The position numbers and the translations under genes were made by a program. Positions 35,265 through 43,100 of a stretch of DNA of 64,000 bases are shown here, piece by piece; position 1 is the stretch's first letter, and every line of letters starts with the position of its first letter. The notes under the pieces were generated by a model that saw only the letters and a list, made by a program, of their open reading frames with translations, was not told where the DNA came from and did no database searches. Origin of the DNA: an uncultured Acidobacteriaceae bacterium. Lineage in GTDB: Bacteria > Acidobacteriota > Terriglobia > Terriglobales > Acidobacteriaceae. The stretch is from contig CAWJLM010000005.1 of assembly GCA_963843725.1 (NCBI GenBank), positions 20,124 to 84,123 on the forward strand. Reading direction: 5' to 3'.

Positions 35265-36845
35265 GTGGCCTCAATGTCCGAAAGCCACCCCACTGTGAAG
35301 GATGATTCCCGGAGCTTGGCAGGTTTAGTTCAGCCCGGCACCAGCTACGGCGACGCCGAAGCTGTGCTTCAGGATCTGGCCAAAGTTTTCTTCGAAAACA
35401 CCAATCTTGCCGACAGCCCCAAGCGCTCGCCCTCCGTCGGATCGGCTCTGCCCGGCCTGGAGGCGAAGTACCGCGCTCTGGTCGAACAGATTCCGGCCGT
35501 CGTTTTCATGGCTTATCTCGACGAGGCGGCGGGCGAGGCCTACGTTAGTCCGCAAATAGAAGCCGCACTCGGGTTCACCCAGGAAGAATGGCTGCAAGAT
35601 CCAGTGCGCTGGTATGCGCAGATTCATCCTGACGACAAACTGCGCTGGAGCGTGGAAGCCGCCGGCTTATTTCTGTCGGGCAAACCGTTGCGCTCGGCCT
35701 ACCGGGTGCTTTCGCGCGATGGCCGCGTGATCTGGTTTCATTGCGAAGCCAAGATGATCCGCCGTGACGATGGCCGTCCCTGGTTCATTCACGGAGTTGG
35801 CTTCGATATCACCGACCTGAAACGAACCGAAGAAGCGCTGGAAGAAGAACGCAATGTTGTCACCGCGATTCTCGATACTGTCGGCGCCCTGGTCATCGTG
35901 CTCGATCCCGCCGGACGCATCATCCGATTTAATCGCGCCTGCGAACGCAGCACCGGCTGCACCTTCGCGCAGGCTTCGGGAAAACATGTGTGGGACCTGT
36001 TTATCCCTGCGGACGAGGCTGCTGGATTCAAGGCAAACTTCGAAAAGATGCGGGCCGGCGAACTGCAGAACGACTTTGAATGTCAGTGGCTGGCGGGTGA
36101 CGGTGCGCGCCGCCTGATCGCCTGGTCCGGCACTTCGCTGGGTAAAGGCAAGGGAACTCCTGCCTACGTGATCGCCACCGGTATCGACATTACCGAGCGA
36201 AAACATCTGGAACGCGCGATTCTGGAAATCAGCGAGCGCGAGCAGCGCCGCATTGGTCAGGACTTGCACGACGGCCTGGGCCAGCACTTGACCGGCATCG
36301 CCTTCATGACCAAAGTGCAGGAACAAAAGCTGAAGGAGAAGCATCTTCCTTATGCCGCCGACGCGGCCAAGATCGTGAAACTGGTCAACGAAGCCATCAA
36401 CAAAACTCGTGAGCTGGCCAGAGGCTTAAGCCCGGTGGTTTCCGAATCGTTCGGCTTGATGTCGGCCTTGCAGCAACTGAGCGCGGAAGTGCAGGACGTC
36501 TTTGGGGTATCCTGCCGCTTGACCTGCGACACTCCGGTTTTGATCGACGACGTCAGCCTGGCTACCCACCTCTATCACATCTCGCAGGAAGCGGTAAGCA
36601 ACGCCATCAAACATGGCAAGGCTCGGAACATCGACATTAATCTTGCGGCCAGCGACGCCCGCGGCGTCCTGACCATTCGCGACGATGGCTCGGGCTGCAA
36701 AAAAATTCCCGCTACCAGCAAGGGCATGGGACATCACATCATGAGTCATCGCGCCAAGATGATCGGGGGCACGCTGGATATTGAATCGTGTACTCCTCGC
36801 GGAACCGTGGTAACGTGCCTATTCCCGGTTAGAGGCAAACCGTAA
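35265..36845 (+). CDS. Cytoplasmic PAS-PAS sensor histidine kinase, HisKA_3 transmitter
   Basis: It starts 22 nt after the small-subunit paralog (GTG 35265 with GAGGTG upstream; ATG 35274 is the alternative). It has two PAS/PAC blocks. The H-box is RIGQDLHDGLGQHLTG. The HATPase region reads HISQEAVSNAIKHG...RDDGSG...GMGHHIMSHRAKMIGGTLDI. Confidence 0.85.
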   Translation: MASMSESHPTVKDDSRSLAGLVQPGTSYGDAEAVLQDLAKVFFENTNLADSPKRSPSVGSALPGLEAKYRALVEQIPAVVFMAYLDEAAGEAYVSPQIEAALGFTQEEWLQDPVRWYAQIHPDDKLRWSVEAAGLFLSGKPLRSAYRVLSRDGRVIWFHCEAKMIRRDDGRPWFIHGVGFDITDLKRTEEALEEERNVVTAILDTVGALVIVLDPAGRIIRFNRACERSTGCTFAQASGKHVWDLFIPADEAAGFKANFEKMRAGELQNDFECQWLAGDGARRLIAWSGTSLGKGKGTPAYVIATGIDITERKHLERAILEISEREQRRIGQDLHDGLGQHLTGIAFMTKVQEQKLKEKHLPYAADAAKIVKLVNEAINKTRELARGLSPVVSESFGLMSALQQLSAEVQDVFGVSCRLTCDTPVLIDDVSLATHLYHISQEAVSNAIKHGKARNIDINLAASDARGVLTIRDDGSGCKKIPATSKGMGHHIMSHRAKMIGGTLDIESCTPRGTVVTCLFPVRGKP

Positions 36846-36862
36846 TCAGGAACTATCGCCGG

Positions 36863-37081
36863 CTCATGCACCTGTTTTGTATCAGGGCACGACTTTACCG
36901 GAATGCAAAAAACTAAGTTGCTCAGGTAGTGCGGACGTTTTGAAGGGGCGTAGCTTTAGCTACGCCGTAGAAAGTCCTTTAGTTTGTCATCACGAACCGA
37001 CTTCAGTCGGTGAGGGATCTGCTTTCCGATTTTTCACGGCCCGCAAAGTCGCGCCTGATACAACTCAGCACAGTTCATGAG
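36863..37081. mobile_element. MITE-like element filling the kinase-regulator gap (CTCATG...TTTGTATCAGGGC end family plus B+A hairpin cargo)
   Basis: The left end is CTCATGCACCTGTTTTGTATCAGGGCACGAC (36863..36893). The reverse complement of the right end (37048..37081) is CTCATGAACTGTGCTGAGTTGTATCAGGCGCGAC. The cargo at 36939..37035 is TTGAAGGGGCGTAGCTTTAGCTACGCC...TGTCATCACGAACCGACTTCAGTCGGTGAGGGATCTGC. Confidence 0.7.
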
Positions 37082-37107
37082 ACCAGTCGTGGTCAAAGGT
37101 CGATACG

Positions 37108-37791
37108 ATGTCTACGAAACCAAGAGAAGAAACGGCCCGTAAAACCAGGATCTTCATCGTCGACGATCACCCCATCGTGCGCGAAGGGCTGTCGTTGATG
37201 ATGAACCGCGAGCCCGACATGATGGTTTGCGGCGAAGCCGAAGAGGCGACCGGCGCCTTACGGGCCATCATTACCGCCAAACCCGATTTCCTCATCGTCG
37301 ATATCTCGCTCTCCGGGCCGGATGGGCTCGATCTGCTGAAAAGTATTCGCGCCCGTTATCCCAATTTGCCGGTCCTGATTCTTTCCATGCACGACGAATC
37401 CATTTACGCCGAACGGGCGCTGCGCGCCGGAGCCAACGGTTACATCATGAAGCAGGAAGCGACGGAAAAAGTTCTGGTCGCCGTGCGCCAGATCTTGACT
37501 CAGAAAGTCTACGTAAGCGATCGCATTGCCAATCGCATGTTGCAGCGCTACATCAAAGGTTCGGTCAGCGAAGGTCAGTCCCCGATCTCGGAGTTGTCCG
37601 ATCGCGAACTGGAAGTCTTCCGCCTGATTGGCGAGGGACACGGCACCCGCAAAATCGCCGAGGAACTTCACCTGAGCGTGAAGACGGTCGAATCCTACCA
37701 GGCGCACATCAAGGAAAAACTCTCACTCAAGAATGGCCGCGAGCTGGTGCAGCGCGCCATTCAATGGACCATCTCAGAAGACGTAGCCTAG
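37108..37791 (+). CDS. NarL/FixJ-family response regulator (REC plus LuxR-type HTH)
   Basis: RIFIVDDHPIVREGL, FLIVDISLSGPDG, LILSMHDE, and HTH LSDRELEVFRLIGEGHGTRKIAEELHLSVKTVESYQAHIKEKL. Confidence 0.9.
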   Translation: MSTKPREETARKTRIFIVDDHPIVREGLSLMMNREPDMMVCGEAEEATGALRAIITAKPDFLIVDISLSGPDGLDLLKSIRARYPNLPVLILSMHDESIYAERALRAGANGYIMKQEATEKVLVAVRQILTQKVYVSDRIANRMLQRYIKGSVSEGQSPISELSDRELEVFRLIGEGHGTRKIAEELHLSVKTVESYQAHIKEKLSLKNGRELVQRAIQWTISEDVA

Positions 37792-37912
37792 CCAATCGTC
37801 GTCGCCAGGCTGGAAATCGATCTCTCTGACGCCCTTGCCCCTGATTTTTGAAGTGTTTGCGATCCGGCAATTCCTCCGAGTCGGCGGCAGAATTCCTCAT
37901 CTAAGGCCCATA

Positions 37913-37957
37913 GGGGAATCCCCGATCTGCGGTCCAGCCATTTTCCCTAAATGGGAA
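37913..37957. promoter_or_regulatory. Candidate operator sites upstream of hhyS: palindromes GGGGAATCCCC and TTCCC-TAAAT-GGGAA
   Basis: GGGGAATCCCC lies at 37913..37923 and TTCCCTAAATGGGAA at 37943..37957. Further GGAAT/ATTCC half-sites are at about 37868, 37889 and 37992. All sit 250-340 nt upstream of the hhyS ATG. Confidence 0.3.
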
Positions 37958-38202
37958 TCAGGTTGTGGGCCGTCTCTGTTTGCGTGATGCTATTCCCATC
38001 CGGTGCGTGGGGCACCGCTGCGGCTTGTCTTATTAGAAGCCCTCTTATCTTGAAGTTGCATAAGTTTTTGAACTGGCTCGCGAGGCTGGCAACCATTGGA
38101 GCAGGCATCACCTCGCACTAAGAAGAAAATCACCAGGTAAAACTCCATCGGGCATTCAACGGAAACACGTCATCACCGCGATGTTGAAAGGAGTATCCGT
38201 CT

Positions 38203-39270
38203 ATGACAGCGCAAGCAGTTCCGTACGGTCGGGGAACCCAAAAAAAACCGGCAGTGGCCGAAATCCACATCATCTGGATCACAGCCGGCCTGGGTTGTGA
38301 CGGCGACTCGGTTTCCATCACCGCCGCCACTCAGCCCAGCATTGAAGACGTTTTACTGGGAGCCATTCCCGGTCTTCCTAAAGTTCATTTGCACAATCCC
38401 GTGTTGGCTTACGAAGTCGGCGACGACTTCCTCAAACCTTTCTACCAGGCCGAAGAAGGCAAGCTCGATCCCTTCGTCCTGGTAATTGAAGGTTCCATCC
38501 CCAACGAAAAAATTCATAGCGACAAAGCCGGATACTGGGCCGCCATGGGCACCGACGCGACCACCGGTCAGCCTATCAAGACCACGGAGTGGATCGATCG
38601 TCTCGCTCCGAAAGCTTTGGCCGCAGTGGCCATCGGCACTTGCGCCACGTATGGCGGCATTCACGCCATGCAGGGCAATCCCACCGGCTGCATGGGACTG
38701 GCCGATTATCTTGGCTGGGATTGGCGCTCCAAAGCTGGACTGCCGATCGTCAACGTTCCCGGATGTCCGGTCCAACCCGACAACTTCATGGAGACGGTGC
38801 TTTATCTGCTCTACCAGGTTGCAGGCATGGCCCCGATGATTCCGCTCGACGATCAGCTGCGCCCGACCTGGTTATTCGGAGCGACGGTTCACGAAGGTTG
38901 CGATCGCGCCGGCTATTACGAGCAGGGGGACTTCGCCAGCGAGTACGGTTCGCCCAAGTGCATCGTCAAGCTCGGCTGCTGGGGCCCGGTGGTCAACTGC
39001 AATGTTCCCAAGCGTGGATGGATGGCCGGCATTGGCGGCTGCCCCAACGTGGGCGGCATCTGCATCGGCTGCACCATGCCCGGCTTCCCCGACAAGTTCA
39101 TGCCGTTCATGGATGAGCCGCCGGGAGCGCACGTTTCCAGCGGAGCCTCTGCCATGTACGGGCGGGCTATCAGGGCGCTGCGCTCGATCACCCAAGCTAC
39201 CGTCAACAAGGAGCCCAAGTGGCGTCATACCCGGGCCGAACTGACCACTGGTTATCACGGAAGATCCTAA
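38203..39270 (+). CDS. hhyS: [NiFe]-hydrogenase small subunit, group 1h/5 (high-affinity Hhy type)
   Basis: 355 aa with AAAGGAG upstream. There is no twin-arginine signal. It has a full set of FeS Cys motifs and a large-subunit gene follows 24 nt downstream. Confidence 0.9.
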   Translation: MTAQAVPYGRGTQKKPAVAEIHIIWITAGLGCDGDSVSITAATQPSIEDVLLGAIPGLPKVHLHNPVLAYEVGDDFLKPFYQAEEGKLDPFVLVIEGSIPNEKIHSDKAGYWAAMGTDATTGQPIKTTEWIDRLAPKALAAVAIGTCATYGGIHAMQGNPTGCMGLADYLGWDWRSKAGLPIVNVPGCPVQPDNFMETVLYLLYQVAGMAPMIPLDDQLRPTWLFGATVHEGCDRAGYYEQGDFASEYGSPKCIVKLGCWGPVVNCNVPKRGWMAGIGGCPNVGGICIGCTMPGFPDKFMPFMDEPPGAHVSSGASAMYGRAIRALRSITQATVNKEPKWRHTRAELTTGYHGRS

Positions 39271-39294
39271 TTTCGCGCTGAAGGAGCGATCGCA

Positions 39295-41091
39295 ATGGGC
39301 ACAACTACACTTACCGATAAAGAAGCCCTCAGTCAGAAAAAGCAGATCGTAGAGATGAATTGGGATCCGATAACCAGAATCGTCGGAAGCCTGGGCATTT
39401 TTACGAAAATTGATTTTGCCAACCGGCACGTCGTCGAGTGTCACAGCACCTCGTCCATCTTCCGCGGGTACAGCATTTTTATGAAAGGCAAAGACCCGCG
39501 CGACGCCCACTTCATCACCAGCCGCATTTGCGGCATCTGCGGCGACAACCATGCCACCTGCGCCAACTATGCGCAGAACATGGCTTTCGGCGTCAGGCCG
39601 CCGGACCTGGGCGAGTGGATCGTCAATCTGGGCGAAGCCGCCGAGTACATGTTCGACCACAACATCTTTCAAGACAATCTGGTCGGCGTGGACTTCTGCG
39701 AGCAGATGGTGAAGGAAACCAATCCCAGCGTGTGGACCAAGGCGCAAAAAACCAATGCGCCGAATTCCAACCTGCACGGCTATCGCACCATCGCCGATAT
39801 CATGACCGCGTTGAATCCGTTCACCGGAGCGTTTTATCGCGAGGCTCTGCAGATGAGCCGCATGACGCGTGAGATGTTTTGCCTGATGGAAGGGCGGCAC
39901 GTCCATCCATCCACGCTTTATCCGGGCGGCGTGGGAACCGTTCCCACCATTCAGCTTTTCACCGACTACCTGGTTCGCTTGATGAAGTATGTCGAGTTCA
40001 TGAAGAAGGTTGTTCCTCTGCATGACGACTTGTTCGACTTCTTCTACGAAGCGTTGCCCGGCTATGAAGAAGTGGGCCGGCGGCGCATTCTGCTGGGTTG
40101 CTGGGGATCGTTCCAGGATCCGGCGCACTGCGATTACACCTACAAGAACATGGCCGACTGGGGCCGCAAGATGTTCGTCACGCCCGGGGTGGTGGTCGAC
40201 GGCGAGCTGGTTACGACCAGCCTGGTCGACATCAACCTGAACATCCGCATTCTGCTGGGCAGTTCTTACTATGACGACTGGGAGCAGGGCGAAACGTTTG
40301 TCACCAAAGATCCGCTGGGCAATCCGGTGGATCAGCGTCATCCCTGGAACCAGACCACTATTCCCAAACCGCAGAAGCGCGACTTCGGCGGCAAGTACAC
40401 CTGGGTCATGTCGCCGCGCTGGTATCACGAGAAGACCAAGGAATATTTGGCGCTCGACACCGGTGGTGGGCCGATCGCCCGCTTCTGGGCTACGGCGAAA
40501 GCAGGCCTGGTCGATATCGGCTACCTGAAGGCGACGGGCAATAGCGTGAAAATCTATTTGCCCAAGACCACGTCGCTGCCCGAAGTCGAGTTCGAGTGGA
40601 AGATACCCAAGTGGAGCAACGCCATCGAGCGCGATCGGGCCCGCACCTACTTCCAGGCATATTCCGCCGCTGCCGCGCTGCACTTCCTGGAGAAGGCGCT
40701 GGGCGAGCTGCACGCCGGACGCACCAAGACCTGGTCCGACTTCAAAGTGCCGGAAGAGTCGATTGGCTGCGGCTTCCACGAGGCAGTGCGCGGAGTATTG
40801 TCGCATCACGTGGTGATTCGTGATGGCAAGATCGCGAACTACCATCCCTATCCGCCGACTCCGTGGAACGCCAATCCCCGCGACATCTACGGCACCCCCG
40901 GACCCTATGAGGATGCGATTCAGAACACGCCTATCTTCGAGGAAAACGGGCCTGACAAATTCAAGGGCATCGACATCATGCGCGCGGTTCGCAGCTTCGA
41001 TCCGTGCCTGCCATGTGGTGTGCACATGTACCTTGGAAATGGAAAAGTGCTGCAAACACGGCACTCACCCATGTTTGGCGTGGTGAAGTAA
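39295..41091 (+). CDS. hhyL: [NiFe]-hydrogenase large subunit, group 1h/5
   Basis: 598 aa. The N-terminal metal-site motif is TSRICGICGDNHATC. The C-terminal motif is SFDPCLPCGVHMY, followed by a 20-aa tail that the endopeptidase would remove. These match the published group 5/1h L1/L2 signatures as I recall them. Confidence 0.9.
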   Translation: MGTTTLTDKEALSQKKQIVEMNWDPITRIVGSLGIFTKIDFANRHVVECHSTSSIFRGYSIFMKGKDPRDAHFITSRICGICGDNHATCANYAQNMAFGVRPPDLGEWIVNLGEAAEYMFDHNIFQDNLVGVDFCEQMVKETNPSVWTKAQKTNAPNSNLHGYRTIADIMTALNPFTGAFYREALQMSRMTREMFCLMEGRHVHPSTLYPGGVGTVPTIQLFTDYLVRLMKYVEFMKKVVPLHDDLFDFFYEALPGYEEVGRRRILLGCWGSFQDPAHCDYTYKNMADWGRKMFVTPGVVVDGELVTTSLVDINLNIRILLGSSYYDDWEQGETFVTKDPLGNPVDQRHPWNQTTIPKPQKRDFGGKYTWVMSPRWYHEKTKEYLALDTGGGPIARFWATAKAGLVDIGYLKATGNSVKIYLPKTTSLPEVEFEWKIPKWSNAIERDRARTYFQAYSAAAALHFLEKALGELHAGRTKTWSDFKVPEESIGCGFHEAVRGVLSHHVVIRDGKIANYHPYPPTPWNANPRDIYGTPGPYEDAIQNTPIFEENGPDKFKGIDIMRAVRSFDPCLPCGVHMYLGNGKVLQTRHSPMFGVVK

Positions 41092-41116
41092 AGGGGGAAA
41101 ATACGCCCTGAGGGTT

Positions 41117-41188
41117 GGGAGTGAGAAGGCAGTTGTAAGTTACGATATAGCGATCGTACGCATGCAATTGCAAACTCACTCCTTTTTT
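41117..41188 (+). terminator. Possible partial terminator/attenuator between hhyL and the accessory genes
   Basis: GGGAGTGAG (41117..41125) pairs with CTCACTCC (41175..41182), immediately followed by TTTTTT (41183..41188). The roughly 50-nt interior has its own small palindromes (GCAATTGC, GCATGC). Confidence 0.35.
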
Positions 41189-41205
41189 CCAGCAGAGGAC
41201 AGCAC

Positions 41206-41808
41206 ATGGCAAACGAAAAAGATTTCCAGCAACGGGTGCAGCGGATCGGCGCTCTGGTGCAAGAGATCGAGTCCATTGCCGACCCGGCGGTAAGGGCGTC
41301 GACCACACAACTGGTGCAACTGATCATGGAGTTCCACGGCACCGGCCTGGACCGAACGCTGGAGATTCTGGCAAACGCGGGCGGTCCGGGAATGGAAATC
41401 ATCGATCAATTGGGACGCGATCCCATGGTAAGCAGCCTGCTGGTGCTCTACGGACTTCATCCCGACAGCTTGGAGACGCGGATTACCAAAGCGCTTGAGC
41501 GGCTCGAACCCAAGCTGCGGAAAGATGGCGCTCGCGTGGAATTGCTGGGCATGGAAGACGGCGCAGTTCGCCTACGAGTCACTCCCGGCGAACACACTTG
41601 CGGATCGACCAGCAAAGCCTTGCAGGCTACGGTTGAAGATGCGATTTACGAAGTGGCACCCGACATCAGTTCACTCTCGGTAGAAGGTCTGGAAGGAAAA
41701 GCGGCGAGCGGATTCGTGGCGCTTGGCCAGTTGACGACTGCGGGGCCGGCCAGCGCCAAAGCTCCCGCGGCTCCGGCTCCATCGCTGGCAGCTAACTATG
41801 GGGACTAA
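41206..41808 (+). CDS. NifU C-terminal-domain-like protein (hydrogenase accessory)
   Basis: 200 aa. DGARVELLGMEDGAVRLRVTPGEHTCGSTSKALQATVEDAIYEVAPD resembles the NifU_C fold, with a single Cys instead of CxxC. Confidence 0.7.
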   Translation: MANEKDFQQRVQRIGALVQEIESIADPAVRASTTQLVQLIMEFHGTGLDRTLEILANAGGPGMEIIDQLGRDPMVSSLLVLYGLHPDSLETRITKALERLEPKLRKDGARVELLGMEDGAVRLRVTPGEHTCGSTSKALQATVEDAIYEVAPDISSLSVEGLEGKAASGFVALGQLTTAGPASAKAPAAPAPSLAANYGD

Positions 41809-42457
41809 AGATTCACCTTCGCTGGAAAGCGCCTTCGGAGTGCTGCGGCAGTTCGCCCGAAAGCCGCGCGCCGCCGAGCGCTGCGAGTTGTGCAGCCTGG
41901 AAATTTCTGCCCAACATCCTCACCTGATCGAGCCCGTGGCTCGCAAGCTGGTCTGCTCCTGCGATGCCTGTGCGTTATTGTTTAGTGGCCGTACCGACAG
42001 CCGCTACAAGCGAATACCGCGGCAGGTGCGGCTGCTGGCAAATTTTCAGATGTCCGATGCCCAGTGGGACAGCCTGATGATCCCCATCAACATGGCCTTC
42101 TTCTTCCACAGCAGCCCGGTCGGGCGCAAGGTGGCGATGTATCCCAGTCCAGCGGGCGCGACCGAATCTTTGCTCTCGCTGGAAGCCTGGAACGAGATTG
42201 CGCACGAAAATCCGCAGCTGGAAAAAATGGAAGCCGATGTCGAGGCCTTGCTGGTGAATCGTATCGGTCACGCCCGCGGCTTTACCAAAGCTGAGTATTA
42301 CGTTTTGCCGGTCGACCAGTGCTATAAACTCGTTGGCCTCATCCGCAGCCAATGGCGCGGATTCTCGGGCGGGGTCGAGGTTTGGCAGCAGATTGGAGAA
42401 TTCTTCTCCGGCTTGCGCAATAACGCAATCGTAACTGGAGGACGCGGCAATGCCTGA
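41798..42457 (+). CDS. Conserved hydrogenase-cluster protein with a 5-Cys motif (DUF5947-like, from memory)
   Basis: CELCSLEISAQHPHLIEPVARKLVCSCDACALLF. The ATG overlaps the upstream stop by 11 nt. Confidence 0.7.
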   Translation: MGTKDSPSLESAFGVLRQFARKPRAAERCELCSLEISAQHPHLIEPVARKLVCSCDACALLFSGRTDSRYKRIPRQVRLLANFQMSDAQWDSLMIPINMAFFFHSSPVGRKVAMYPSPAGATESLLSLEAWNEIAHENPQLEKMEADVEALLVNRIGHARGFTKAEYYVLPVDQCYKLVGLIRSQWRGFSGGVEVWQQIGEFFSGLRNNAIVTGGRGNA

Positions 42458-43100
42458 CCTCCAGTTTTTTTTCCAGAGGGTAGAGGTTGAGCCTTTCGCG
42501 GTTGCTCCGCAACTGGCATTCAAGATCCGGATCGCCAACGATACGCCGGACGAAGCTATACACACCGTCGCGCTGCGCGTTCAGTTGCAACTGGAGAGCA
42601 CGCGCCGCGGATACAAGCCGGAAGAGCAGGAGAGATTGCGCGACCTTTTCGGCGAGCCGGAGCGTTGGGGCAAGACGCTCAAAACTTTTTTGTGGACGCA
42701 CACCAGCGTGGTTGTTCCCGCCTTTTCTGAATCCACCGAAGTCAGCCTGCCGGTACCCTGCACCTTCGATTTCAATGTCGCTGCCACGAAATACTTCGCT
42801 GGACTGTCCGAAGGCGAGATTCCGGTGTGCGCGCAATTCAGCGGCACCGTGTTTTACGCGCAGAACGACGGCTCGCTGCAAGTCATGCCGATTCCCTGGG
42901 ATAAAGAGGTGCGCTTCCGGATCCCGGTGAAGGTTTGGAAAGACCTGATGGACGCCTACTATCCGGGCATTGCGTGGCTCTGCCTGGAGCGCCATGCCTT
43001 TGATCAGCTCTACCGCTACAAAGTGGAGCGCGGAATTCCCACCTGGGAGCAAGCGCTGGACAGCCTGTTACGCGCCGCTCAGGAGGAAGTGAAGTCATGA
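42450..43100 (+). CDS. Conserved hydrogenase-cluster protein of unknown function (DUF6084-like, from memory)
   Basis: 216 aa. The ATG overlaps the upstream stop (ATGCCTGA). Confidence 0.65.
   Translation: MPDLQFFFQRVEVEPFAVAPQLAFKIRIANDTPDEAIHTVALRVQLQLESTRRGYKPEEQERLRDLFGEPERWGKTLKTFLWTHTSVVVPAFSESTEVSLPVPCTFDFNVAATKYFAGLSEGEIPVCAQFSGTVFYAQNDGSLQVMPIPWDKEVRFRIPVKVWKDLMDAYYPGIAWLCLERHAFDQLYRYKVERGIPTWEQALDSLLRAAQEEVKS

Noticed and set aside
38080-38100. Sigma-54 type promoter (CTGGCAACCATTGGAGC) upstream of hhyS.
   Set aside because: The GG-to-GC spacing does not fit TGGCAC-N5-TTGC, the -12 element is TTGG rather than TTGC, and no bEBP (NtrC-type) regulator is nearby.
38203-38300. Looked for a Tat (RRxFxK) signal on both small-subunit proteins, which would indicate a periplasmic group 1a-f enzyme.
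   Set aside because: Neither N-terminus (MTAQAVPYGRGTQKKPAVAEIHIIW... / MGERESKNGSSKNGRPANIEEIDVLW...) has a twin-arginine motif or a hydrophobic h-region. This is consistent with a cytoplasmic group 1h-type enzyme.
38872-41064. 730-aa ORF on the minus strand, the longest unexplained ORF in the track.
   Set aside because: It lies exactly antisense to hhyS/hhyL, whose products have unmistakable hydrogenase motifs. Its composition is Arg/Ala/Gly/His-rich with no recognisable domain. It is a typical shadow ORF of a GC-rich coding region.
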